A stretch of DNA of 64,000 nucleotides from Candidatus Berkelbacteria bacterium (GTDB lineage Bacteria; Patescibacteriota; UBA1384; JACPKC01): contig JACPKC010000010.1 in NCBI GenBank assembly GCA_016187225.1, positions 67,541 to 131,540 of the forward strand. Reading direction: 5' to 3'. Position numbers and translations under genes: made by a program. Below are positions 44,810 to 54,825 of the stretch, piece after piece. The stretch's first letter is position 1. Every line of letters begins with the position of its first letter. The notes under the pieces were generated by a model, which was given only the letters and a program-made list of their open reading frames with translations, did not search any database and had not been told where the DNA came from.

Positions 44810-44834
44810 AGGCCCCACAAGGGCCTTTTCTTTT
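44810..44834 (+). terminator. Probable intrinsic terminator
   Basis: aggccc-cacaa-gggcct stem-loop followed by ttttctttt. Confidence 0.5.
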
Positions 44835-44869
44835 ACAGCTCACCCGAGCTTGTTATACTGCCACCATCT

Positions 44870-45304
44870 ATGCAACCCCTTGAGTATATTGTTAACACCG
44901 ACGGCGGCGCCCGTGGCAACCCAGGCCCCGCTGGCGCGGGCATTGTCATCCAAACCCAAACGGGCGAAATTTTAAGTGAGCTTAAAAAATCACTCGGCAC
45001 GCTCACGAATAATCAAGCCGAATACTGGGGCGTTATTTTTGCCCTTGAAGAGCTCAAGCAGTTTATCGTGAATGATATTGCGCCAGTTCGTTTCCATCTC
45101 GATAGCCTGCTCGTAGTTGAACAACTCAAGGGAAACTATAAAATCAAGAATGAAGGTTTAAAGCCGCTTTTTTGGAAAGTAAAAACTTTAATCGACGAAC
45201 TTGGTGTCGTGGTGAGTTTTAAGCACATTCCGCGCCGGGAAAATACTCGCGCTGACGAACTCGCCAACCAGGCGATGGATGAAGTAGATAGGTCACGAAC
45301 GTGA
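44870..45304 (+). CDS. rnhA: Ribonuclease HI
   Basis: TDGGARGNPGPAGAG, NNQAEY and RADELAN motifs. Start set at MQPLEY. TATACT -10-like box lies upstream. Confidence 0.85.
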   Translation: MQPLEYIVNTDGGARGNPGPAGAGIVIQTQTGEILSELKKSLGTLTNNQAEYWGVIFALEELKQFIVNDIAPVRFHLDSLLVVEQLKGNYKIKNEGLKPLFWKVKTLIDELGVVVSFKHIPRRENTRADELANQAMDEVDRSRT

Positions 45305-48171
45305 AAAATATGCCGACGAGTAAATTGCAATCAGAAAAAAACGCAATTGTTCTTGCTGAAGAAAAAGTTTTAGATTTTTGGCGCGCCAAAAAGATTTTTC
45401 AAAAATCTCTCGAAGCACGAAAGAATGCCGAGCGGTATGTTTTTTATGATGGCCCGCCTTTTGCGACCGGCACTCCGCACTATGGCCACATCCTTGCCAG
45501 CGCCATTAAAGATGCTGTGCCACGTTACCAAACGATGCGGGGCAAGTACGTCGAGCGCCGTTGGGGGTGGGATACGCATGGTTTACCGATCGAGAACATA
45601 GTTGAGCGAAAACTTGCAATTTCGGGTCGAAAAGAAATCGAAAAAATTGGCATTGGAAAGTTTAACACAGCCGCCCGCGCGCAAGTGCTTGAGTATGCGC
45701 GGGAATGGAAAAAAACAATCGAACGCATGGCGCGTTGGGTTGATTTCGATGGTTCCTATAAAACAATGGATAACAGTTACATCGAGTCAGTCTGGTGGGC
45801 GTTTAGTCAGCTTTATGACAAGGGTCTTATTTATGAGAGCACGCGTGTTCTACCTTATTGTCCACGTTGTGAAACTCCAGTGGCTCAATCTGAAATTGCA
45901 ATGGATAACAGCTACAAGAAAATTAGCGATCTTTCAGTCTATGTCGCGCTTGAACTTAGCGACCGTCCGGGCACGTATCTAGTGGTCTGGACAACGACGC
46001 CTTGGACCTTGCCGGGCAATACTGCGGTTGCAATTGGTAGCGACATCGACTATGTGCTTGTCGAGCAAGGCCATAAACAGTATTTTGTCGCGGTTTTTGC
46101 GAAAGAAAAACTTTTTCCAAATTCAAGCGTGATCGAGCAAAAACGCGGGCGTGACCTTGTGGGTCTCTCATATAAACCGCCCTTTGACTATTATTTGGAG
46201 CGAGAATTTCCCAACAAAAAAAATGCTTGGAAAATCTACGCCGCTTCATTTATAAGCAATCAAACGGGGAGTGGACTCGTGCATATTGCTCCGGCTTTTG
46301 GCGAAGAAGATATGGAGCTTGCGCGCACCAAAAACTTACCGTCTATTTGGCACGTGACAGGGCAGGGTAAATTCGCGCTCGAAGTCAAAGATTTTGCCGG
46401 TTTCGATGTTAAACCTAAAAACAATCATCAGCGCACTGATGTGGAAATTATCAAATATCTATTCGCAAAAGAAATCCTGTTTAAAAAAGAAATCGTTATT
46501 CACCCTTATCCGCATTGTTATCGTTGTGAAACGCCGCTTTATTACTATGCAATTCCAGCCTGGTTTGTGAAGATTCAGGCAGCTAAGCCGCGACTTGAAG
46601 AGCTCAATGAAAAAATTCACTGGGTGCCAACTCATCTCAAGCATGGCCGTTTCCTAAAAAGTATGCGTGAGGCGCCTGATTGGAATATCTCGCGCAATCG
46701 TTACTGGGCTTCTCCACTTCCAATTTGGAAGTGTCCAAATAGTCATCTCACGATCGTTAGATCTATAGCGCATCTGCGAGAATTAAGCGGCTTAGAATTG
46801 TCTGATTTGCATCGTCCGCATATCGATGCTGTCACTTTTGCCTGTCCTACGTGTCAGACAGAAACCAAACGTGTCCCAGAGGTTTTTGATTGTTGGTTTG
46901 AATCCGCCTCAATGCCATTTGCGGCCGTCCACTATCCTTTTGAAAACAAAGATTGGTTTAAAGCCAATTTCCCGGCCGACTTTGTCGTTGAATATATTGC
47001 ACAAACCCGTACTTGGTTTTACTACATGCATGTTTTATCGACACTTTTATTCGACGAAGCGCCGTTCCGCCACGTGGTCACGACGGGTAATGTTTTAGCG
47101 CAAGACGGTCAGAAAATGTCAAAATCAAAACAAAATTTTCCTAATCCTTGGCAGATTTTTGATACCTATGGCGCGGATGCTCTTCGTTATTATCTCTTGG
47201 CCTCGCCGCTCATGAAGGCGGAGGATCTGAACTTTTCCGAAACAGGTGTCCTAGAAATTTACAAGCGTAACTTTCTTCGACTCAAAAATGTTCTTTCATT
47301 CTATTCTCTCTATCCTGCTGAAATTGAGGGCCAAGCGCCAAACGCACAATCAGCTAATATTCTTGATATTTGGATTTTGGAGCGTCTTCAGGAAAGCGTA
47401 AGCTTAATTACGAATGCCATGGAGCATTACGAGTTGGATTCAGCATTTAGGCCGGTCGAAACTTTGGTTGATGATCTTTCGGTTTGGTACCTGCGTCGTT
47501 CGCGGGAACGCTTAAAAGATGATTCTCCTGGCGCTCGGCTTACTTTAAGAGAGGCTCTGCTTAAAATGAGCCTGCTCTTGGCGCCTTTTGTGCCTTTTAT
47601 CGCAGAAGAAATTTTTTTACAACTGCGTAGTCCAAAAGACTCGGAAAGTGTGCACCTAGCTGACTGGCCAGTCAGTCGCTCGGTCGATCAAAAAATTCTT
47701 GATCAGATGGCAACGATTCGTCAGGCGGTCTCGCTTGGGCTCGAAAAGCGGAGTGCGCTCAATCTTCGCGTTCGTCAGCCTTTAAGTTCGGCTAAAATTA
47801 TGGGTCTGCCTTTTAAATTAAACGAACATTATGCAGAATTAATGCGAGCTGAACTTAATGTTCAAAATCTCGAATGGCACACCGGCGAAAAACTAACCGT
47901 TGAACTTAACCCACTCCTCACCGACGAGCTTCGTGTTGAGGGTTTAACGCGCGATCTTATCCACGCCATTCAAATTCTTCGTAAAAATGCTCAACTTAAA
48001 CCCAACGAACAAGTGCTCATCGCAATTCATGGGGTTGGCGATCAATTCTTAGATATGAAGCAAAAACAAACTCAAATTGAACAAGCAACTCATGTTCGCA
48101 TTGAGTGGCGAGCAAGCAGTAGTCAATACTCTACGACCGTCGATAAATTGACGATCATGCTCGAGCGATGA
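45301..48171 (+). CDS. ileS: Isoleucyl-tRNA synthetase
   Basis: PFATGTPHYGHIL (HIGH), KMSKS, CP1 editing insert. GTGA overlap with rnhA (alternative start ATG 45310). Confidence 0.95.
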   Translation: MKNMPTSKLQSEKNAIVLAEEKVLDFWRAKKIFQKSLEARKNAERYVFYDGPPFATGTPHYGHILASAIKDAVPRYQTMRGKYVERRWGWDTHGLPIENIVERKLAISGRKEIEKIGIGKFNTAARAQVLEYAREWKKTIERMARWVDFDGSYKTMDNSYIESVWWAFSQLYDKGLIYESTRVLPYCPRCETPVAQSEIAMDNSYKKISDLSVYVALELSDRPGTYLVVWTTTPWTLPGNTAVAIGSDIDYVLVEQGHKQYFVAVFAKEKLFPNSSVIEQKRGRDLVGLSYKPPFDYYLEREFPNKKNAWKIYAASFISNQTGSGLVHIAPAFGEEDMELARTKNLPSIWHVTGQGKFALEVKDFAGFDVKPKNNHQRTDVEIIKYLFAKEILFKKEIVIHPYPHCYRCETPLYYYAIPAWFVKIQAAKPRLEELNEKIHWVPTHLKHGRFLKSMREAPDWNISRNRYWASPLPIWKCPNSHLTIVRSIAHLRELSGLELSDLHRPHIDAVTFACPTCQTETKRVPEVFDCWFESASMPFAAVHYPFENKDWFKANFPADFVVEYIAQTRTWFYYMHVLSTLLFDEAPFRHVVTTGNVLAQDGQKMSKSKQNFPNPWQIFDTYGADALRYYLLASPLMKAEDLNFSETGVLEIYKRNFLRLKNVLSFYSLYPAEIEGQAPNAQSANILDIWILERLQESVSLITNAMEHYELDSAFRPVETLVDDLSVWYLRRSRERLKDDSPGARLTLREALLKMSLLLAPFVPFIAEEIFLQLRSPKDSESVHLADWPVSRSVDQKILDQMATIRQAVSLGLEKRSALNLRVRQPLSSAKIMGLPFKLNEHYAELMRAELNVQNLEWHTGEKLTVELNPLLTDELRVEGLTRDLIHAIQILRKNAQLKPNEQVLIAIHGVGDQFLDMKQKQTQIEQATHVRIEWRASSSQYSTTVDKLTIMLER

Positions 48172-49265
48172 GGTTCCAACTCTTGCGCTTTATCGACTGG
48201 TACCTCGTCGGGATAGTTTTAATTTTAGTAGTTGGTGGTGTGGCGATGATCTACAGTCTCACTTTTGCCCGCTCCGGTTCCGAACTCGCTTTCACACAAG
48301 GCGCGTTCGTGATTTTGGGCTGGATCACGGCGTCCATTTTGGCAGTTTTTGATTACCGCCGACTGCGTTCGTTCAGTCTGCTATTGTATCTTGCAGTTGG
48401 CTTACTGCTCTTGGGCGTTACGTTTTACGGTACGGTCGTTTTCGGTGCGCGTCGCTGGATCGAGATTGGCGCATTCCAACTCCAACCATCTGAATTGTTC
48501 AAGCTAGTCGCGGTCATCTTAATTGCCCGAGTCCTCGCCGCTCGCTTTGGCGCGATTCGTTTTAGAGATTTATTTGTTGTTAGTCTCTTATTAGGTCTTC
48601 CGATTACTCTAGTGCTGAAACAGCCGGACTTAGGGACAGCCGGTGTTATATTTTTAACGTTCGTAATAATTCTGACGATCGCAAAACTGCCGCGCTCGCT
48701 TTGGGTTAGCATCGGCCTAAGCCTGCCCATCCTTATGTTGGCGATTTTTTTGAATCTTAAAGACTATCAAATTGACCGGGTTCAAGTTTTCCTCAATCCT
48801 GCGTCCGATCGTTACGGCTCTGGCTATAACGTCCTTCAGTCCTTAATTGCAGTTGGCAATGGCGGTCTGTTTGGTCAGGGACTGGGTCAGGGAACGCAGA
48901 GCCAGCTTGATTTTTTACCCGTCATTCATACCGACTTTATCTTTGCCGGCATGGCTGAAGCAGTTGGCTTTTTTGGCTCTTTTGCCTTTCTCGTACTTTT
49001 CGCCGCTTTAATCATTCGAGCGCTAATGATTTCTCATCGAGCGCCGGATGCATTTGGTTCATTCTTGGCCTTTGGCATCGCTAGCCTGTGGTTCGTTCAA
49101 CTGGCGATTAATGTGGGGATGAATTTAGGGCTTGCGCCCGTAACAGGCATCCCACTTCCTTTCATCTCTTACGGAGGCACCGCGATTGTGTGTAATTTTA
49201 TCGCACTGGGGATTCTTGAAAGCATTGCAATTCGGTCACAGCAAGGTTATTTTCGCACATATTGA
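48168..49265 (+). CDS. rodA: SEDS family protein (RodA/FtsW paralogue)
   Basis: Polytopic. QPSEL, HTDFIFA and LPFISYGGT motifs. Second SEDS gene in the window, located outside the dcw cluster. Confidence 0.8.
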   Translation: MRFQLLRFIDWYLVGIVLILVVGGVAMIYSLTFARSGSELAFTQGAFVILGWITASILAVFDYRRLRSFSLLLYLAVGLLLLGVTFYGTVVFGARRWIEIGAFQLQPSELFKLVAVILIARVLAARFGAIRFRDLFVVSLLLGLPITLVLKQPDLGTAGVIFLTFVIILTIAKLPRSLWVSIGLSLPILMLAIFLNLKDYQIDRVQVFLNPASDRYGSGYNVLQSLIAVGNGGLFGQGLGQGTQSQLDFLPVIHTDFIFAGMAEAVGFFGSFAFLVLFAALIIRALMISHRAPDAFGSFLAFGIASLWFVQLAINVGMNLGLAPVTGIPLPFISYGGTAIVCNFIALGILESIAIRSQQGYFRTY

Positions 49266-49349
49266 CCGGATTGGGAGAAAAGTATATTCTAATGGAACGC
49301 TCCGCGAGAAATTTTTTATATTGATGAATTAGTAATCCTCTGGAGAGAT

Positions 49350-49634
49350 ATGAAAAAAGCTCAAGCTAAAAAAGTAGCGATTATCGAAACCGGCGGCAAG
49401 CAATATCTTGTCCAGCCAGGCGATACCCTTAAGGTGGAACTGATTAGAACGGAGAAAAATCAACTTACTCTCCGCGATCTCTTGGCCAACAAAAATGTGA
49501 CCGCAACCATTTTAACAGAAGGTCGTCATCCAAAAGTCTCCGGTCGCATCTTTCGCAATAAAGTCCGTTCCTCGCGTTTCCCTCGTGGCCATAAACAGCG
49601 CTATACTGCTCTTAAAATCGAATCAATGATTTAA
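49350..49634 (+). CDS. rplU: 50S ribosomal protein L21
   Basis: AIIETGGKQYLVQPGDTLKVE N-terminus. Confidence 0.85.
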   Translation: MKKAQAKKVAIIETGGKQYLVQPGDTLKVELIRTEKNQLTLRDLLANKNVTATILTEGRHPKVSGRIFRNKVRSSRFPRGHKQRYTALKIESMI

Positions 49635-49645
49635 GAATACGTATC

Positions 49646-49834
49646 ATGATCCGCCCCATTGCATATCTTCGAGAAAGTTACGACGAATTACGGAAGGTGA
49701 AATGGCCAAGTCGCGAAACTACGATTCAATACACTTTAACCGTGATTGGCGCTGTTATTCTCCTGACAACTTTCTATGGCTTAATCGATTTTGGCCTTTC
49801 AGAAATTATCAGCCGGATGCTTAACCGTAGCTAA
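49646..49834 (+). CDS. secE: Preprotein translocase subunit SecE
   Basis: 62 aa. ELRKVKWPSRETT followed by a single TM. Directly upstream of nusG. Confidence 0.8.
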   Translation: MIRPIAYLRESYDELRKVKWPSRETTIQYTLTVIGAVILLTTFYGLIDFGLSEIISRMLNRS

Positions 49835-49843
49835 AGAGTCAGC

Positions 49844-50482
49844 ATGACAGACATTTTTGATCAACCAGAAGAATTAGATTCCGAAACCTTAATCGGTGAA
49901 ACTATTAAACATGCAAGTCGACGGCCGCGACCTTCGCTTCTTGGGCAGAAACAAGCCGGTGAGCGCGGTTGGTATGTGATTCACACCTACACTGGCTACG
50001 AGGATCAGGTAGCCGAAACTCTCCGCCAGCGTATTGAATCACTTGGCATGGACGACAAGATTTTTGATGTGATCGTGCCAGTCGAGAAACAGATTGAGAT
50101 TCGCAATGGCAAACGCCGGACCGTTGAGCGCAAAATTTTTCCGGGTTACGTTTTGGTTGAAATGCTAGTGACAGACGACTCATGGTATGTTGTCAGAAAT
50201 ACTCCGAACGTTACTGGCTTTATTGGCTTGGGTGTCCGTCCAACGCCGATTCCGCTTGCCGAAGTTGATCGAATAAAAAAGAGAATGGGCGTTGAAGAAC
50301 CCAAATATCAGATCGATTTCACAATCAACGATCTTGTAACAATTACCGATGGTCCACTTAAAGGTTTTCAGGCGACTGTGAGTGAGATTGATGAAGAAAA
50401 AGGGAAAGTTAAGGTTCTCGTCAACATGTTTGGGCGTGAAACGCCCGCTCTACTCGATTTCTTACAAGTTAAGAAAGTTTAG
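49844..50482 (+). CDS. nusG: Transcription termination/antitermination factor NusG
   Basis: [17 protein letters not shown] domain and C-terminal KOW ([15 protein letters not shown]). Confidence 0.9.
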   Translation: MTDIFDQPEELDSETLIGETIKHASRRPRPSLLGQKQAGERGWYVIHTYTGYEDQVAETLRQRIESLGMDDKIFDVIVPVEKQIEIRNGKRRTVERKIFPGYVLVEMLVTDDSWYVVRNTPNVTGFIGLGVRPTPIPLAEVDRIKKRMGVEEPKYQIDFTINDLVTITDGPLKGFQATVSEIDEEKGKVKVLVNMFGRETPALLDFLQVKKV

Positions 50483-50501
50483 TAAATCTCAAAGGATGAC
50501 T

Positions 50502-50927
50502 ATGGCAAAAGCAATTAAGACCATGATTAAACTCCAAATTCCCGCTGGCAAGGCTAATCCGGCGCCGCCTGTTGGAACGGCTCTCGGGCCGCACGGCGTA
50601 AATATTATGGATTTTTGCAATCAATTTAATGAGCGCACCAAGCAACTTGGCAACACAATCATTCCGGTTGAACTTACGCTCTATGTGGATAGAAGTTTCG
50701 ATTTCATCCTTAAACAACCACCAGCCGCCGTCCTATTGCGTCAAGCCGCTGGTGTTGAAAAAGGAGCAAGTGAGGTTGGTAAGCAAAAAGTCGGTAAAAT
50801 TTCCCAAGCTAGACTTCGTGAATTAGCCGAGCAAAAAATGTCCGATTTAAATGCAAACGATATCGAATCAGCTATGAAAATTCTGACTGGCACCGCTCGC
50901 TCCATGGGAATTGAGATCCAGAACTAA
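50502..50927 (+). CDS. rplK: 50S ribosomal protein L11
   Basis: [35 protein letters not shown]. Start set at MAKAIK after AAAGGA. Confidence 0.95.
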   Translation: MAKAIKTMIKLQIPAGKANPAPPVGTALGPHGVNIMDFCNQFNERTKQLGNTIIPVELTLYVDRSFDFILKQPPAAVLLRQAAGVEKGASEVGKQKVGKISQARLRELAEQKMSDLNANDIESAMKILTGTARSMGIEIQN

Positions 50928-50942
50928 AAGAGGCTGTCAGGA

Positions 50943-52037
50943 GTGGAAAGAATTACGCCAGCCGAAAGAGCCATCTGGGCAGCGTTTGCGAGCGATCTCT
51001 ACTTCGGTCCAACTCATCTGAACGAACTTCTGGCATTGAATGAAACGTTGCAGAGCATTTGGGAAAAACCCGAGCATGAGCTCAAAAAAATTCCTATCCG
51101 ATCGGCCACTCTTCAAGCGATCGTCAAATTACGGACGAACGTTGATCCTATAAAAGTTCTGACTAACCTCCAGAAACAAGGAATTAAATTTATTACTCGA
51201 TTCGATGCCGATTACCCGGCGCTTCTTGGTGAGATTACTGTTCCGCCAGTAGTATTATATATACGCGGAAAATTAGAAAACAAAAATCATACGAACGTAG
51301 CAATCGTAGGCAGTCGACGCATGACAACCTATGGCAAGCGGACGGCTGAATATATCAGTCGGTCGCTCGCACAGAGCGGCATTACGATTGTATCTGGGCT
51401 CGCGCTTGGTATCGATTCGGTTTCTCACAAGGCCGCACTGGAGGCAGAGGGAATTACCTGGGCAGTTTTAGGTTGCGGATTAGATCAGATTTACCCATCC
51501 AGCCATACCCAATTAGGCGAAAGAATTTTGTCGAATGGCGGCGCTTTGATAAGTGAATTTCCGCCTGGTACGCCAGCGCTCCGCCACCATTTTCCGATCC
51601 GCAATCGTATTATTGCTGGCTTGTGTAGCGCAACAATTATTGTTGAGGCGACCGAACGCTCGGGGACGCTCAGCACTGCGCGCGCGGCCTTGGACGCAAA
51701 TCGCGAAGTTTTTGCCGTGCCTGGCTCGATTTTTTCACCCAATTCAGTTGGTTCTCATGCACTCCTCAAATCTGGAGCTGGGCTTTTACATACTCCAAAT
51801 GACATTCTCGAAGCGCTCGGCCTTGAAATGAAGTCATCGGATCGTCCAGTTACACAACTTACGAGCGTAGAAAGTGTAATTTTTGCCACCCTTTCACATG
51901 AACCGATGCTTCTCGACGACCTGATCACTGCCACCCAACTGACGTCGAGTGCGATTGTTAGCACTTTAACGTTAATGGAAATCAAAGGTCTTGTTCAAAC
52001 GGCTGGGCAAGGGCGATACGTTCGATCGCACTCTTGA
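50943..52037 (+). CDS. dprA: DNA-processing protein DprA (Smf)
   Basis: GSRRMTTYGKR...GLALGIDSVSHKAAL Rossmann-like core and C-terminal winged-helix-like segment. Confidence 0.9.
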   Translation: MERITPAERAIWAAFASDLYFGPTHLNELLALNETLQSIWEKPEHELKKIPIRSATLQAIVKLRTNVDPIKVLTNLQKQGIKFITRFDADYPALLGEITVPPVVLYIRGKLENKNHTNVAIVGSRRMTTYGKRTAEYISRSLAQSGITIVSGLALGIDSVSHKAALEAEGITWAVLGCGLDQIYPSSHTQLGERILSNGGALISEFPPGTPALRHHFPIRNRIIAGLCSATIIVEATERSGTLSTARAALDANREVFAVPGSIFSPNSVGSHALLKSGAGLLHTPNDILEALGLEMKSSDRPVTQLTSVESVIFATLSHEPMLLDDLITATQLTSSAIVSTLTLMEIKGLVQTAGQGRYVRSHS

Positions 52038-52075
52038 CGCATGAGTGCATCTTGCGTTTACTAGAACCCATTGTT

Positions 52076-54037
52076 ATGCCAGCCAAACATCTTGTCATTG
52101 TCGAGTCGCCTGCTAAGGGTAAGACGATTGAGCGCTATTTGGGCAAGGATTTTCACGTTCTGGCTTCATACGGACATGTGCGTGATTTGCCAGAGCATAA
52201 CCTTGGTGTTGATGTCGAGCACAAGTTCAAACCAACGTATGTCATTCCGCAAAAAGCTAAGAAAACGATCAGCGCCTTAAAGACTGCCTTAAAGGGCGCT
52301 GACTCCCTTTATTTGGCAACAGACTATGATCGAGAAGGCGAGGCGATTGCCTGGCACATTCTTGAGGCGCTTAACCTCGAAAAGATGAAAATTCCTGTCG
52401 CTCGGATTACCTTCCATGAAATCACAAAATCGGCACTACAGGCGGCGATTAAAAAGCCGCGGTCTCTCGATCTTAACTTAGTTAATGCCCAACAGGCGCG
52501 ACGGATTCTCGATCGTCTAGTCGGTTATACTTTAAGTCCGTTTTTGTGGAAAAAAGTAATGAAAGGTCTTTCGGCGGGGCGCGTGCAATCAGTTGCAGTG
52601 CGTTTGGTCGTTGACCGAGAGCGCGAGATTAAGGCTTTTGTGCCCCAAGAGCACTGGAGTCTTGAAGCGCTTTTGGCAACACGCAAAAAGGAAGAATTTC
52701 GAGCGTCGTTGGCTGAATTTAAGGGGAAGAAGCTTGATAAACTTGGAATTAAAACCGAAAAAGAGGCGCGCGCGCTTGAATCGGCGTTGGCTGGTGTGAC
52801 TTACCAGGTTAAGTTGGTTGAAGAAAAAGAAATCACTAAACGCCCTTCGCCGCCGTTTACAACCTCCACTCTCCAGCAACAGGCCTCGCATCGTTTGCAT
52901 TTTTCAGCCAAGCAGACCATGAAGCTTGCTCAGGATCTATATGAGGCCGGTCACATTACCTATATGCGTACCGACTCAACTAATCTGGCTGGCGAGGCTA
53001 TTTCTGCCACCCGAGGATATATCGAAAAAACATTTGGCGCAAATTATCTTCCGTCTGTGCCTCAATACTACCGAACAAAAAGCAAAGGCGCTCAAGAAGC
53101 GCATGAAGCCATCCGCCCAACCGATGCAACCAAACAGAGTTCGGATTTAAACTTGCCTTCTGATAAACATGCAAAACTTTATGAATTGATTTGGCAGAGA
53201 ATGATTGCTTGTCAGATGGCGCCCGCGCGCCTTAAAGCGACGACCGCCTTAATTCAGGCTGGAGAAGGAATTTTTAAGGCGCATGGCAACGTCGTGGCTT
53301 TCGACGGTTATCTAAGGGTCTGGCCGAGTGATCGAACTGATTCAATTCTACCCAAGTTAGCATCGAATGATTCGCTCACCCTACAAGAATTTTTTACAGA
53401 ACAGCATTTTACCGAACCGCCGGCTCGTTATTCAGAAGCAACTCTCGTTAAGGCGCTTGAGGAACATGGCATTGGTCGACCGAGCACTTACGCGCCAATC
53501 ATCAGCACAATTCAAGATCGAGGCTATGTTCAGCTATTTGAGCGTCGTTTTCAGCCGACTGAAACCGGCGAGATTGTGACTAATCTGCTCGTTGAGCATT
53601 TTCCTGAAATTGTGGACTTAACCTTCACCGCCTCAATGGAAAAAAAGCTCGATCAAGTCGCTGAAGGCGAACAGGATTGGACTAAACTTCTAGGTGATTT
53701 TTACACACCTTTTGACCACAAACTTGAAGTTAAGCAAAAGGAAGTTGAAAAACTTGATCTTACTGAAAAAACCGACAAAACTTGTCCAAAATGCGGCAAG
53801 CCACTCATTATTCGTCGGGGCCGATTCGGTCGATTTTTAGCTTGTACGGGTTTCCCAGAGTGTCGGCATACTGAAGCCATTGTGGAAAAAACAGGGATTC
53901 AATGCCCTGAATGTGGTCAGGGCGAGCTCATCGAAAAGAAGACTCGTCGAGGTAAGACTTTTTGGGGCTGTGAGCGGTACCCAGAATGCAAACATGCCAC
54001 TTGGAATGACCCGCGTAGTCATGAATCATCTTCCTAA
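52076..54037 (+). CDS. topA: DNA topoisomerase I
   Basis: TOPRIM VIVESPAKGKTIERYLG, catalytic Tyr region GHITYMRTDST, C-terminal zinc ribbons CPKCG...CTGFPEC and CPECG...CERYPEC. Confidence 0.95.
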   Translation: MPAKHLVIVESPAKGKTIERYLGKDFHVLASYGHVRDLPEHNLGVDVEHKFKPTYVIPQKAKKTISALKTALKGADSLYLATDYDREGEAIAWHILEALNLEKMKIPVARITFHEITKSALQAAIKKPRSLDLNLVNAQQARRILDRLVGYTLSPFLWKKVMKGLSAGRVQSVAVRLVVDREREIKAFVPQEHWSLEALLATRKKEEFRASLAEFKGKKLDKLGIKTEKEARALESALAGVTYQVKLVEEKEITKRPSPPFTTSTLQQQASHRLHFSAKQTMKLAQDLYEAGHITYMRTDSTNLAGEAISATRGYIEKTFGANYLPSVPQYYRTKSKGAQEAHEAIRPTDATKQSSDLNLPSDKHAKLYELIWQRMIACQMAPARLKATTALIQAGEGIFKAHGNVVAFDGYLRVWPSDRTDSILPKLASNDSLTLQEFFTEQHFTEPPARYSEATLVKALEEHGIGRPSTYAPIISTIQDRGYVQLFERRFQPTETGEIVTNLLVEHFPEIVDLTFTASMEKKLDQVAEGEQDWTKLLGDFYTPFDHKLEVKQKEVEKLDLTEKTDKTCPKCGKPLIIRRGRFGRFLACTGFPECRHTEAIVEKTGIQCPECGQGELIEKKTRRGKTFWGCERYPECKHATWNDPRSHESSS

Positions 54038-54629
54038 AAGCATCCAACGAGTCATTGAAGAATTGAGCAAACTGCCGGGCATCGGGGGGAAAACTGCCGG
54101 TCGGTTGGCATTTTATCTTGTCCGTCAGCCCCCAAGTCAGAGCGAGCGCTTGGGGCAGGCTCTGATCGAGCTACGAACTCAACTTAAATTTTGCTCAAAT
54201 TGTTTTAATATTACCGAGCTCGATCCCTGCTCAATCTGTGCCAATGCTCGGCGTGATCAAACTTTACTGTGCGTTGTAGAACAGCCGCTCGATACAGTCG
54301 CTCTGGAAAAAACAGAGTATCAGGGACTGTATCATGTGCTTGGTGGTGTTATCTCGCCGATTGAAGGTGTTAGTCCAGATCAGTTAAGAATTCGGGAACT
54401 AATCATTCGTCTTGAGAGTTCATCCAGAATCAAGGAGCTCATCATCGCGACCAATCCCTCGCTTGAAGGGGAGGCGACTGCCTTGTATTTGCAAAAACTG
54501 ATAGCCGATCAAGGTCTCAAAAAAATTAAGTTGAGCCGAATTGCTCATGGCTTGCCAGTTGGGGGAGACCTTGAGTATGCTGACGCCGTTACACTCACAC
54601 GCGCAATTGAGGGGCGCCGTAGTTATTAA
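54021..54629 (+). CDS. recR: Recombination protein RecR
   Basis: HhH LPGIGGKTAGRLAFYL, C4 zinc finger CSNC...CSIC, Toprim domain. Overlaps the topA end by 17 nt. Confidence 0.9.
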   Translation: MNHLPKSIQRVIEELSKLPGIGGKTAGRLAFYLVRQPPSQSERLGQALIELRTQLKFCSNCFNITELDPCSICANARRDQTLLCVVEQPLDTVALEKTEYQGLYHVLGGVISPIEGVSPDQLRIRELIIRLESSSRIKELIIATNPSLEGEATALYLQKLIADQGLKKIKLSRIAHGLPVGGDLEYADAVTLTRAIEGRRSY

Positions 54630-54657
54630 ACCCGTTTATAGCGGGAGAAGGAGGGGA

Positions 54658-54825
54658 ATGGCAGCGTATTTTTGCAGTGAATGCAACTATGAAACCGAAG
54701 AGAAACAATGTCCGCTCTGCGGGGGCGCAACCGAGATTCTAGACGTAAAAGACGATCCTTTGCTTGGTCAACTTTCACAGCATCCCCAGTATGCATTCGA
54801 TGATGAGGAGCAAACATATATCTAA
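54658..54825 (+). CDS. Small zinc-ribbon protein (55 aa)
   Basis: GGAGAAGGAGGGG SD. CSEC...CPLCGG motif, acidic tail. Confidence 0.5.
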   Translation: MAAYFCSECNYETEEKQCPLCGGATEILDVKDDPLLGQLSQHPQYAFDDEEQTYI

